Positions 1-8,703 of a DNA stretch of 64,000 nucleotides are shown here, in pieces (the stretch's first letter is position 1; the number at the start of each line of letters is the position of its first letter). The DNA comes from a bacterium (GTDB taxonomy: Bacteria; Fidelibacterota; Fidelibacteria; Fidelibacterales; Fidelibacteraceae). Below the pieces are notes generated by a model, which saw only the letters and a program-made list of their open reading frames with translations, was not told the DNA's origin and ran no database searches. A program made the translations under genes and the position numbers. The stretch is from assembly GCA_963676395.1 (NCBI GenBank), contig OY781066.1, positions 1,920,001 to 1,984,000 on the forward strand, written 5' to 3'.

Positions 1-957
1 ACGAATGAGCCTTTTGTAACGGTTGATAGCGAAGAAGAAGCCGCTCAGCATATTGCCCGTAAATTGGCACGCTCATTCAGAAGAGCTCCTTATCAAACTA
101 TCGCCATATTGAATTTTACGGATGAATATGGTGATCGCTTGAACCGCGGTGTATTTTTTGCGGATATGATCACCTCAGGTTTATTATATTACAGAAATCC
201 CGGTGTGGTTGAAAGAGATGAACTTTATGAGATCGTAAAAGAACGCGAATTATCTCAAACAAGTTTGCTCCAAAATCGTGGAAGCGAACTTTATGAGTTG
301 GCCCAGGCCGATTATATTATGAGTGGTCGTATTTTACGTGGTCGTTACGAAGATATGATCTCGGTTCGTTGTTTCCGTGTAGGAACAGGTGAAGTGGTAT
401 ATGCTTCTACCATTAGTATTGATTACACACCGGATCCTGTTATTGTATCTACACCCCCAACTTATCCTCCTACTGGTGGTGGCGTAATTATTGTTAATCC
501 TCCTGATCCAGGGCAAGCAGTTATCATTATTGATGATGATGACGACAATGACAATAATGGTAGTACCGACGTTAAAAAACCTCATAACACTTATCCTAAA
601 AAACCAGCTACTGGTACAGAAAGTAAAGGTACAGTTGATTTAGATAATATTAAAAAACCTCGTACCGGTGACGACCAGTATCAGTACAAAAAAGCACCTT
701 CAAACTCAAATACATCGATTAAAAAACACAACTACGGTGTTAACAATAAGAATGTTGCTCCTAAAAAGGATATTAAGGTAGTTAAACGACCAAAACCTGT
801 TTACAAATATAAGTCTGAAGAAACTAAAGAAGATGAAAAAGAAAGCAAAAATTCTTCAACTTCCTCATCTAGTAAGAAATCTTCAAGTAGCAGTTCCAGT
901 AAAAAATCTGTAACCGGCGGTAGCAAGATCAAAAAGGTTACAACGATAAAAAAATAA
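1..957 (+). CDS. 5'-truncated CsgG/FlgO-like domain protein with a low-complexity Pro/Asp/Lys/Ser-rich C-terminal tail
   Basis: Frame 1 is open from base 1 (TNEPFVTVDSEEEAAQHIARKLAR...). 'TIAILNF...VVERDELYEIVKERELSQ...ADYIMSG...ISVRCFRVGTGEVVYA' resembles the CsgG/FlgO/TolB-N fold. Confidence 0.6.
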   Translation, partial: TNEPFVTVDSEEEAAQHIARKLARSFRRAPYQTIAILNFTDEYGDRLNRGVFFADMITSGLLYYRNPGVVERDELYEIVKERELSQTSLLQNRGSELYELAQADYIMSGRILRGRYEDMISVRCFRVGTGEVVYASTISIDYTPDPVIVSTPPTYPPTGGGVIIVNPPDPGQAVIIIDDDDDNDNNGSTDVKKPHNTYPKKPATGTESKGTVDLDNIKKPRTGDDQYQYKKAPSNSNTSIKKHNYGVNNKNVAPKKDIKVVKRPKPVYKYKSEETKEDEKESKNSSTSSSSKKSSSSSSSKKSVTGGSKIKKVTTIKK

Positions 958-958
958 A

Positions 959-2011
959 ATGTCCGCAGATAATTCATTATTGCAGACATTTGACAATAGC
1001 TTCAGAGATATTCACCCTATCTTGGTGGGGGTCGATGAAGCCGGTCGCGGTCCGCTTGCCGGTCCGGTAACAGCTGCAGCTGTTACCTTTGACGCGGATG
1101 TGGAGAATTATCATCTTATCCGCGATTCCAAAAAACTCAGTGAAAAACAACGACAAGAAGCTTATGAATGGATTACGGATCACGCGAAAGCATGGTCCGT
1201 CCATTCTTTAGGTGTTCAATCCATTAATAAAAGCAATATCCTGCAAGCGACCATGGACGCGATGGAGAAAGCGGTTCAGAAGTTAGCCGCCAAAATGCAG
1301 AAGTCCGAAGTTAGCAGCCAAAAATCATCCATCGACATCAAGACTATGGCAGAAAGTGAAGCCTATATCCTTATTGACGGGAATCGATTGCCCGAAGGAT
1401 TGAAGGGCAGGGGAGAAACGGTAGTAAAAGGTGATGCTAAGTCTTTTTGTATTGCCGCGGCCTCTATTCTTGCCAAGGTCACGCGAGACCGAATTATGAA
1501 ACGTTGGGCCGAGATATACCCGGATTACGGTTTTGCCAAGCACAAAGGCTACGGCACCGGAGAGCATATCCGGGCTATTCATGAACATTTGCCGACACCC
1601 ATTCATCGCAGGTATTTTGCTCCCGTAAAAGACCTAAAATTTCCCTTTCAACCGTCGAAACAAATATTGGGCAAATGGGGAGAGAACTGGGCGATTTATT
1701 ATCTCATTCTTAAAGGTTATCAGTTTGTAGAACGAAACTATTATGGGGGAAATAAAGGCGAGATAGATATCATCATGAAAAAAGGGGAACTGTTTGTAAT
1801 GGTGGAAGTTAAGACATCGTTCACAGAAGATGAATTTCAAGCGGTCGAAAGAGTGAACAAAAATAAGATCGAAAAAATGCAAGCGGCCACAGAACATTAT
1901 TTTTATAAATTGAAAATGGACGAATATTATGTTAGATTTGATGCGGTAACCGTAACAGGTATAGATTGGCATGCACCGCACATTGAGCATTATGAAGATA
2001 TAATATATTAA
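959..2011 (+). CDS. rnhB: Ribonuclease HII fused to a C-terminal YraN (UPF0102) PD-(D/E)XK-like domain
   Basis: RNase HII motifs GVDEAGRGPLAGPV, DSKKL, LIDGN, KGDAKSFCIAAASILAKVTRD, HKGYGT. YraN motifs from ~1658: LGKWGENWA, RNY..GEIDII, VEVKT, RFDAV. Confidence 0.93.
   Translation: MSADNSLLQTFDNSFRDIHPILVGVDEAGRGPLAGPVTAAAVTFDADVENYHLIRDSKKLSEKQRQEAYEWITDHAKAWSVHSLGVQSINKSNILQATMDAMEKAVQKLAAKMQKSEVSSQKSSIDIKTMAESEAYILIDGNRLPEGLKGRGETVVKGDAKSFCIAAASILAKVTRDRIMKRWAEIYPDYGFAKHKGYGTGEHIRAIHEHLPTPIHRRYFAPVKDLKFPFQPSKQILGKWGENWAIYYLILKGYQFVERNYYGGNKGEIDIIMKKGELFVMVEVKTSFTEDEFQAVERVNKNKIEKMQAATEHYFYKLKMDEYYVRFDAVTVTGIDWHAPHIEHYEDIIY
1275..1323 (+). repeat. Degenerate 7-bp periodic array inside rnhB
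   Basis: ttcagaa gttagcc gccaaaa tgcagaa gtccgaa gttagca gccaaaa; includes a 28-bp-period duplication. Confidence 0.55.
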
Positions 2012-2022
2012 TAGGATAAAAC

Positions 2023-3006
2023 ATGAAGAACGAGAAGCCGGAAGCTAGAATTCAGAATGAGAAGGCAGAAGTGAAAAAGCAAAGACAAAAACGTAAAAAG
2101 CGTGAATTTGCAACGAAAAAAGATAAGATCAAGTATGAAATAAAATCCTGGACCATCATTATTCTTGCGGTTTGGGTAATACGTACTATGATCTTTTGTA
2201 ATTATATTATTCCCACCGGTTCAATGGAAAACACATTGATGAGCGGGACCTTTGTGATTGGGAATCAATTGTATTATGGTGCCCAAACACCGCATAAAGT
2301 GGCCATACCTTTTACCCGAAAGGGATTTATGTTACCTCATGTGAAGCTGCCGGCGATCAAAAAACCTGAGACCGGTGATATTGTGATCTTTGAATATCCT
2401 CATGCCAGAGTTACAGACTATGTCAAACGCTGTATCGGTACACCCGGATCTACTATTGAGGTCAAAGACAAACAAGTTTACGTCAATGGTGAACGTTTTG
2501 AAGATCCCCCCAAAGCAAATATAAATTACAATTACATTCAGCAGGCAGGGAAGATAGATCGACAAGTTTGGCCTTCCGGTCATGGCAATCGCGATAATTA
2601 TCCTCCTTTGTATATTCCCAAGAAAGGGGATATCATTAATCTTGAGTCTGCTAATCCGGAATATGCCTACAATATTCTTTGGCTTGAAAAACAAAAAGTT
2701 GCTTATCAGTTCGGGAATTGGTATATAGATGGTAAACTTGCAAAAACCTATCAGGTAAAACAGGATTATTATTTTATGATGGGTGATAATCGCGATAATT
2801 CAGCAGATTCTCGCTATTGGGGTATGGTGCCTTATAAATACATTAAAGGCAAACCAACAAATGTACAATTCTTACTTTGGGATAAAGCCTGGAAAAGAGT
2901 CCTGGTTATTATCGGAATGATCGGTCTTTTGTTTTACGCTTTTGCATGGGATTATATTAAAGATGCAAGAGAGAAGAAGAAAGAAGTAGGGAGTAGGAAT
3001 AAATAG
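2023..3006 (+). CDS. lepB: Signal peptidase I
   Basis: IPTGSMENTL (catalytic Ser), DYVKRCIG (Lys), MMGDNRDNSADSRYWG; TM segments. Confidence 0.95.
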   Translation: MKNEKPEARIQNEKAEVKKQRQKRKKREFATKKDKIKYEIKSWTIIILAVWVIRTMIFCNYIIPTGSMENTLMSGTFVIGNQLYYGAQTPHKVAIPFTRKGFMLPHVKLPAIKKPETGDIVIFEYPHARVTDYVKRCIGTPGSTIEVKDKQVYVNGERFEDPPKANINYNYIQQAGKIDRQVWPSGHGNRDNYPPLYIPKKGDIINLESANPEYAYNILWLEKQKVAYQFGNWYIDGKLAKTYQVKQDYYFMMGDNRDNSADSRYWGMVPYKYIKGKPTNVQFLLWDKAWKRVLVIIGMIGLLFYAFAWDYIKDAREKKKEVGSRNK

Positions 3007-3033
3007 ATAGTAGATCATAAAATAAACAATATT

Positions 3034-3064
3034 GTAGGGGCAAATCTGTGTGTTTGCCCTTTTT
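3034..3064 (+). repeat. GTAG-type REP-like hairpin, probably also the lepB terminator
   Basis: gtaggggcaaatctgtgtgtttgccct followed by a T run. Confidence 0.6.
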
Positions 3065-3302
3065 AATTTTCCAGATAAATTTAATAAATGGTTTCTTTGA
3101 TTGTGTGGGGTAGTTCTGAACACTATAATAGTTTTGTAGCTGATCACCGGAGGGAGGCTTTTGGATCTTCGATAACATGTAATTAAAATTGATCATCAGG
3201 ATGATATGTTTAATCAAATTTATTAATCATTAATTAATTTTCATTCCAAACCGGAAATACGTAAATTTGCTTATGATAGTTGATAATATATCGGAGAATT
3301 AA

Positions 3303-4682
3303 ATGACCCAATTTATGGCACCTCCTTATCGGATCAAGATGGTTGAGCCAATCAAAGTGACAACACGCAAGGAACGCGAAGACTATTTAAAGCGAGCTCA
3401 TAACAATTTGTTTTTATTACCCTCTGAGGCAGTATATATCGATCTCTTAACCGATAGCGGTACCGGAGCAATGAGTCAGTACCAATGGGGCGCTCTCATG
3501 GAAGGGGATGAGTCTTATGCCGGTTCAAAAAGTTTTTATCGACTCGAAAAAACGGTCAAAGAGATTACCCATTACAAATACATGATCCCGGTTCATCAGG
3601 GGCGCGGCGCGGAGCAGGTGGTATTACCTATTTTAGCACATAAGCCCGGAATGGTGTATATCTCGAACATGCATTTTGATACCACACGTGCCCATGTGGA
3701 TCTTGCAGGTGCACAAGCTATAGATTGTGTGGTATCGGCGTGTTATAATGTGGACGAATATCATCCTTTTAAAGGTGATATGGATATTGAAAAATGTGAA
3801 GCACATATCAGGGACAAAGGTGCTGAAAATGTAGCCGGGATTATTATGACCCTAACGAATAATTCTGCAGGTGGTCAACCGGTGAGCATGGAAAACTTGA
3901 AAGCTGTATCGAAATTGGCGAAGCAATATGGTATTCGACTCATTATTGATGGCGCCAGATTCTCCGAAAATGCCTGCTTTGTTAAGCAACGGGAAAAAGC
4001 ATATACGAATAAAAGTATTGCTACCATTGCTGCAGAGGCTTTTGAATGTGCCGATATATTTTTGATGTCTGCTAAAAAAGACGGACTGGTTAATATTGGC
4101 GGATTTATTGCCATTAAAGATGATGAAAAGCTATTTCAAGAATGTCAGGGGCGAACGGTACCTTATGAAGGATTTCCAACATATGGTGGTATGGCAGGTC
4201 GCGATATGGAAGCTTTAGCTGTGGGCTTGATCGAAGGTATGGATGAAGATTATTTAACACATCGCTTGGATCAGGTTCGTTATCTGGCCGAAAAACTCCG
4301 TGAAGTCGGGATACCGGTACAATATCCGGCCGGCGGTCATGCCGTATTTATAGATTGTAAACGTATTTGTCCCCATATACCTTTTGATCAATTTCCGGCT
4401 GCAAGTGTAGGGAATGCTTTATATCTTGAAGCGGGAGTTCGTTCCGTGGAAGTCGGTTCCATGCTCATGGGACGTGATGCTCAAACGGGTGAGAACCTTG
4501 AGTCTCCTTTTGAGTGGATGCGCCTTGCTATACCAAGAAGAACCTATACCTATGCTCATTTGGATCATGTCGCTCAGGGAGTGATTGATGTTTTTGAAAA
4601 GCGAGATAGCTTAAAAGGTTTAAAATTTGAGTACGAGCCGAAAGTGCTGAGGCATTTTATGGCGCGATTGGCATCAATTTGA
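3303..4682 (+). CDS. tnaA: Tryptophanase (PLP beta-eliminating lyase)
   Basis: IDLLTDSGT, HQGRGAE, MSAKKDG (PLP Lys). EVGSMLMGR and C-terminal LRHF match tryptophanase rather than tyrosine phenol-lyase (LRFF). Confidence 0.88.
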   Translation: MTQFMAPPYRIKMVEPIKVTTRKEREDYLKRAHNNLFLLPSEAVYIDLLTDSGTGAMSQYQWGALMEGDESYAGSKSFYRLEKTVKEITHYKYMIPVHQGRGAEQVVLPILAHKPGMVYISNMHFDTTRAHVDLAGAQAIDCVVSACYNVDEYHPFKGDMDIEKCEAHIRDKGAENVAGIIMTLTNNSAGGQPVSMENLKAVSKLAKQYGIRLIIDGARFSENACFVKQREKAYTNKSIATIAAEAFECADIFLMSAKKDGLVNIGGFIAIKDDEKLFQECQGRTVPYEGFPTYGGMAGRDMEALAVGLIEGMDEDYLTHRLDQVRYLAEKLREVGIPVQYPAGGHAVFIDCKRICPHIPFDQFPAASVGNALYLEAGVRSVEVGSMLMGRDAQTGENLESPFEWMRLAIPRRTYTYAHLDHVAQGVIDVFEKRDSLKGLKFEYEPKVLRHFMARLASI

Positions 4683-4830
4683 TAACCTTGTATTTATATC
4701 CGGGTTATTGAATTATTAAGATAGATTTAAGAATCTGTCAATAGAAATTTAAGAAGACCTTTTAGAGCCTTTAAAACGGTCATAGAGGCGTTTGAATACT
4801 TAAGAATAACTCAATTCAACATTCGTTCTA

Positions 4831-4859
4831 TTGTAAATGTCATACTAATTACATACTTT
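4831..4859 (+). promoter_or_regulatory. Putative sigma-70 promoter of an orphan short transcript
   Basis: TTGTAA-N17-TACTTT. Confidence 0.5.
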
Positions 4860-4865
4860 CATTCA

Positions 4866-5001
4866 GTTGATTGAGAGTAGGTGAATGAGTTGAAGAAAAC
4901 TAAAAGAATTGATGAAAACGAAATGTCTTCATTCACATACGCTCTTGGTATAATATAGATACCGAGAGAGAGAAGAAAGAGCCCTCGCCCGAGGGCTTTT
5001 T
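4866..5001 (+). ncRNA. Candidate structured small RNA or small-peptide mRNA
   Basis: Bounded by the promoter above and an intrinsic terminator. Long-range stem 4873-4888/4929-4944, alternative hairpin 4942-4968, 25-codon GTG ORF 4881-4958. Confidence 0.35.
4980..5001 (+). terminator. Intrinsic terminator
   Basis: agccctc-gccc-gagggct followed by tttt. Confidence 0.75.
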
Positions 5002-5134
5002 CAATTATGAGAGGTTTTTTAACATTTTTCCAAACGAGAATTTTGTATGTCCTATATTAAGAATTTTTGGTAGCAGATGGTTTGACTCAAATCATTCTTT
5101 ATTCAACTGACTCAGTTCAATATTGACTGTTAAA

Positions 5135-5161
5135 TAAAAAGCCGTAAGCAAAACTCACGGC
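5135..5161 (-). terminator. Intrinsic terminator of the RsmB-family gene
   Basis: Minus strand reads gccgtgag-ttttg-cttacggc followed by a T run. Confidence 0.7.
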
Positions 5162-5175
5162 ACTTTTGTATTTAT

Positions 5176-5203
5176 TTTACGATTTACGATTTACGATTTA
5201 CGT
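5176..5203. repeat. 7-bp tandem repeat (tttacga)x4 overlapping the rsmB-family stop codon
   Basis: tttacga tttacga tttacga tttacgt. Confidence 0.8.
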
Positions 5204-6471
5204 CTCATCTTCGCAATATAAAAACCATCGCTGTTATATTCATGAGGCAGTAATTGTAGATCTTTTTTTTCTTGTTTACCTTTGATGCGTATCCCATGAT
5301 CTTCGAGGTCTTTGTATACAGAGACCATTTCAAATTCAGGGTGTTTTGATAGAAAATTTTGTATTTGAAGTGTGTTTTCTTCGGGAATAATTGAGCAAGT
5401 GGCGTAGACCAGATAGCCACCTTTGCTTACCAAGAAAGCATTTGATTCTAATATATTTGCTTGTTCGTTTATATAATTTTGCAAGCGTTCTTCATTGAGT
5501 TCCCATTTTCTATCGGGATGCCGCCCATATACACCGGTGCCCGAACAGGGTGCATCAAGTAGTAAAATATCGACTTTTTCTTTATAGATGCGTTTGATCT
5601 TTTCGATGGGGATTAATTTGATATGTCTGAATCCCAGGCGTTTTGCACGAATTACCAATTCTTTTAAACGACTGGGGTATTTATCTGTAGCTACAAGATT
5701 TCCGCTATCTTTTTGCAGTGCGGCAAGATGCATGGTTTTACCACCGGCACCGGCACACAGGTCGACCACAAGATCTTCGGCTTTTGGGTTGCATACCAAT
5801 CCCACTAGTTGGGAGCTTTCATCCTGAAGCTCAAACCAACCTTTTTTGTAACAGGGATGCTGAGATAGATTCTGGTATTTTTCCAAACGCAAAGCTTCGG
5901 GAGATAAGGCTCCTAGACGAAATGGGACATTGCTGAGATTTTCCATTAATCGAGGTGTGTTTATTTGCTGTGTATTTGTCCTGAGATGTACACCGGGTGA
6001 TCGCAATAATGACTGAAGTGCCTCTTCAACTTCTTGTTCACTATAGGCGTCTTTGATATGATCCCATAAAACATCCGGTACCGAATACTTTATTTTTAGC
6101 TCATTGGGATATACATCTTTGTACTCATGCTCTTGAAAGAATTTTGAGATATTATCTTCAATCTTAAATACTACGGTATCTCCATGATCAGGAAAGGTTC
6201 TTTTAAAAGCATGGACTGTCAGTAACTCGGGAGATAATTTATCACCCAAGGCATTGTCTTCGCCGGTGAGCTGCCACGTATACAGGCGTAGGTTTTTTAC
6301 CATATTAAAGAATAGATCGTCAATGAAACGTCTGTCTTTAGAACCTAGATACTTACGCTCAAAGAAGTATTGTCGCTTTATTTTATCAGCCGCTTTTGCG
6401 TGATGTTCTTTTCTATACCAGAGTGAAAAGAGCTCACTGGTATGACTTAGCAGTAAAGGTATGTTTTTCAT
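5191..6471 (-). CDS. rsmB: RsmB/NOP2/Sun-family RNA m5C methyltransferase
   Basis: FELQDESSQ, DLCAGAGGKT, LDAPCSGTG, YATCSI. Start taken as the ATG at 6471 (MKNIPLL). Confidence 0.85.
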   Translation of the reverse strand: MKNIPLLLSHTSELFSLWYRKEHHAKAADKIKRQYFFERKYLGSKDRRFIDDLFFNMVKNLRLYTWQLTGEDNALGDKLSPELLTVHAFKRTFPDHGDTVVFKIEDNISKFFQEHEYKDVYPNELKIKYSVPDVLWDHIKDAYSEQEVEEALQSLLRSPGVHLRTNTQQINTPRLMENLSNVPFRLGALSPEALRLEKYQNLSQHPCYKKGWFELQDESSQLVGLVCNPKAEDLVVDLCAGAGGKTMHLAALQKDSGNLVATDKYPSRLKELVIRAKRLGFRHIKLIPIEKIKRIYKEKVDILLLDAPCSGTGVYGRHPDRKWELNEERLQNYINEQANILESNAFLVSKGGYLVYATCSIIPEENTLQIQNFLSKHPEFEMVSVYKDLEDHGIRIKGKQEKKDLQLLPHEYNSDGFYIAKMRRKS

Positions 6472-6785
6472 TGTTCTACGTATGCGAACTTTCTGCTGAT
6501 CGACGTGCACTTTGCGTTGAGTATGTAGAAATATATCCTCGAAGGATGTTCTGACAAGTCGATCGTATGTTCGTATTGTCCTTGCGTTAATTTTTAATTC
6601 AATTCTTTTGATACCACTGGCTTTTGCAAGTCTATCAACTCCAATAATACATCACAATCTCTCGGAATGCTAAAAGAAATTTTGGTAAATCCATTAAAAG
6701 GATTTGAAGTATTTAGCAATAAATTCATGCTTTGAGGGAGTAAGATTTTATTAAAAATAGCCGATAGTATCACTTTCTTTAATCT
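6468..6785 (-). pseudogene. Decayed secreted-protein remnant encoding a T9SS-type/FlgD-Ig C-terminal sorting domain with an in-frame TAA
   Basis: Manual translation: ...LLPQSMNLLNTSNPFNGFTKISFSIPRDCDVLLELIDLQKPVVSKELN*KLTQGQYEHTIDLSEHPSRIYFYILNAKCTSISRKFAYVEQ*. The internal stop is at 6594-6596. The sequence parallels the CTDs of the 1461-aa protein and PorU. Confidence 0.7.
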
Positions 6786-7142
6786 TTAGGTTATTATAAA
6801 TAGGCAAGTCGCAATAGGGGTGGCTTTGCGAAGTATCCCCGCGTTTGAATTGTATCGATATTTTATTTATGCATGCTGGTGCTTGTGCTGATTAATCTCT
6901 GCCAACGCGGTGTTTTTTGTCATTATCCCAGTTTGTTGGAGCGATAATAAATTTTAATGGTATTTATCGGGAATAGATTTCACGATAACTCGAACGTCCT
7001 ATTAACCCAAACATAAACACAAAGATCTAGGTCTATAGCAATTAGTTTTAGCAAGCAATCAGAAAATCAATTATTTCCATAGTCACTCATTCGAATGTTC
7101 GATTTTTCTTCTTCATAAAGAAGATTCTTCTTATAATTCATC

Positions 7143-7448
7143 ATGAAAAAGATACTGCCCCACATTTTAGTTTTGATCCTGTTGTTTTCTGCGTGCTCTC
7201 AACCGCGTAAAAGCGAAGTCATTTACCGTTTTTACGCGAAAGATAAGATGACTTGTGTTGATTCTTTACGATCTGCATTACTTGATACCGATGGTTTGGA
7301 GATGTTGGTAATGTATCCTGATTCCGATGTTGTGATCATTCATTATGACCGTTTTAGAACACATCAAAATAAGATCGAAGCACATTTTATTAAGTGTAAT
7401 TATTGCTTTGAATTGATTAATAAATCCCCTTTAAAGGAGATTAAATAA
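7143..7448 (+). CDS. Small lipoprotein with an HMA-like (ferredoxin-fold) domain
   Basis: Lipobox LFSAC; 'MTCVDSLRSALLDTDGL...VIIHYD' resembles HMA MxCxxC with the second Cys missing. Confidence 0.5.
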   Translation: MKKILPHILVLILLFSACSQPRKSEVIYRFYAKDKMTCVDSLRSALLDTDGLEMLVMYPDSDVVIIHYDRFRTHQNKIEAHFIKCNYCFELINKSPLKEIK

Positions 7449-8468
7449 ATGAATGGAAAAATTAAAGCCATTGGATTGTTGTCAGGTGGACTAGATTCCG
7501 TGTTAGCGGCTGCTTTGATCCGGGATCAAGGAATCGAAGTGACCGGTTTATTGATCCGTACTGGCTTTACCGACCATAAAGAAGTATCTGATGATGGTAA
7601 ACGTACCGTTGAAAAGACTGCCAAAGAGCTCGGAATTAAATTCCGAATAGAAAATATTCAAGAAGAATATTGGGATACATTACTATACCCAAAACATGGC
7701 TATGGTAAAAATGTTAACCCTTGTTTAGATTGCCATACTCATATGGTTCGTGTAGCCGCTCGCGTGATGAAAGAAGAAGGAGCGCACTTTGTATTTACCG
7801 GAGAAGTGGTGGGGCAAAGACCTAAAAGTCAGTTGGCTCATCAAATGAAGATAGCTTTGCAAGAAAGCGGTATCGAGGGAAGATTGCTGCGTCCTCTTTC
7901 CGCACTACGTCTTGAGCCCACAATCCCCGAAATTGAAGGTTGGGTTGATCGAGAGAAACTAAAAGGCTTTGAAGGACGAGGGAGAACTCCACAGTTGGAA
8001 CTGGCTAAGGAATTAGGTGTTCAGGATTTGGCCGTAGCTGCCGGGGGGAATTGCTATTTGATCGTTCCGGAGTATGGTGACAGATTTAAAGATTTATTAA
8101 AGTATAATGGCAAAGAGAATTTTCCCAAAGAAGATGCACCACTATTAAAAATCGGTCGACATTTCAGAATCTCCGATACTGCAAAACTGGTGATCTCCCG
8201 GGATGAATCGGAATTTCATTTATTGCAACCTTTTCGTGAAGACCGTTACTATATGGAGTTAAAGGATGTTATTGGTGGTGTTGCCATCGGTTCAGGAGAA
8301 TTTTCTCAGGAAGATATAAAGCTCTCAGGTGCTTTGTTAGCTCGATATTCTAAAGCAAATGCCAGTGAAAATGTCACGTTAATTGTTCATAAAGATGGGC
8401 AAGAAGAAGAAATCACTGTAAAAACATTAGAAAATAACGATCCTTTAATAGCAAAAATGAGGTTATGA
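7449..8468 (+). CDS. tRNA thiouridylase-like PP-loop protein (ThiI/MnmA-related, DUF814-type C-terminus)
   Basis: SGGLDS PP-loop, NPCLDCH, GEVVGQRPKSQ, LLRPLSA, GRHFR. Confidence 0.8.
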   Translation: MNGKIKAIGLLSGGLDSVLAAALIRDQGIEVTGLLIRTGFTDHKEVSDDGKRTVEKTAKELGIKFRIENIQEEYWDTLLYPKHGYGKNVNPCLDCHTHMVRVAARVMKEEGAHFVFTGEVVGQRPKSQLAHQMKIALQESGIEGRLLRPLSALRLEPTIPEIEGWVDREKLKGFEGRGRTPQLELAKELGVQDLAVAAGGNCYLIVPEYGDRFKDLLKYNGKENFPKEDAPLLKIGRHFRISDTAKLVISRDESEFHLLQPFREDRYYMELKDVIGGVAIGSGEFSQEDIKLSGALLARYSKANASENVTLIVHKDGQEEEITVKTLENNDPLIAKMRL

Positions 8469-8614
8469 GCCACCTTGTCATTTTGATTATATTTTTAATT
8501 TAATTTAAAAGTAGAGATGGAATTTATGTCATGGATGATTGCTTAAAGGAGTATCCTAAGATTTAAGCATGTGATTTTATGAAAATATTCGGAACAACTT
8601 TTAACAAAAATAAT

Positions 8615-8643
8615 TTGATAAAAGCACGGAAATCTATTAGTTT
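8615..8643 (+). promoter_or_regulatory. Putative argS promoter
   Basis: TTGATA-N17-TAGTTT. Confidence 0.45.
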
Positions 8644-8703
8644 CATCAGGTCTGGAGGGTTGCAAAAGCAACTCGTTTTTTATAGTGATTTTTTGAGGAG
8701 AGT

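Noticed and set aside
3303..4682. Tyrosine phenol-lyase assignment
   Set aside because: C-terminal LRHF and EVGSMLMGR match tryptophanase-type residues rather than TPL (LRFF, ERG..SAGR).
6594..6596. Sec/Pyl recoding of the in-frame stop
   Set aside because: The stop is TAA, not TGA or TAG, and the surrounding region is otherwise decayed.
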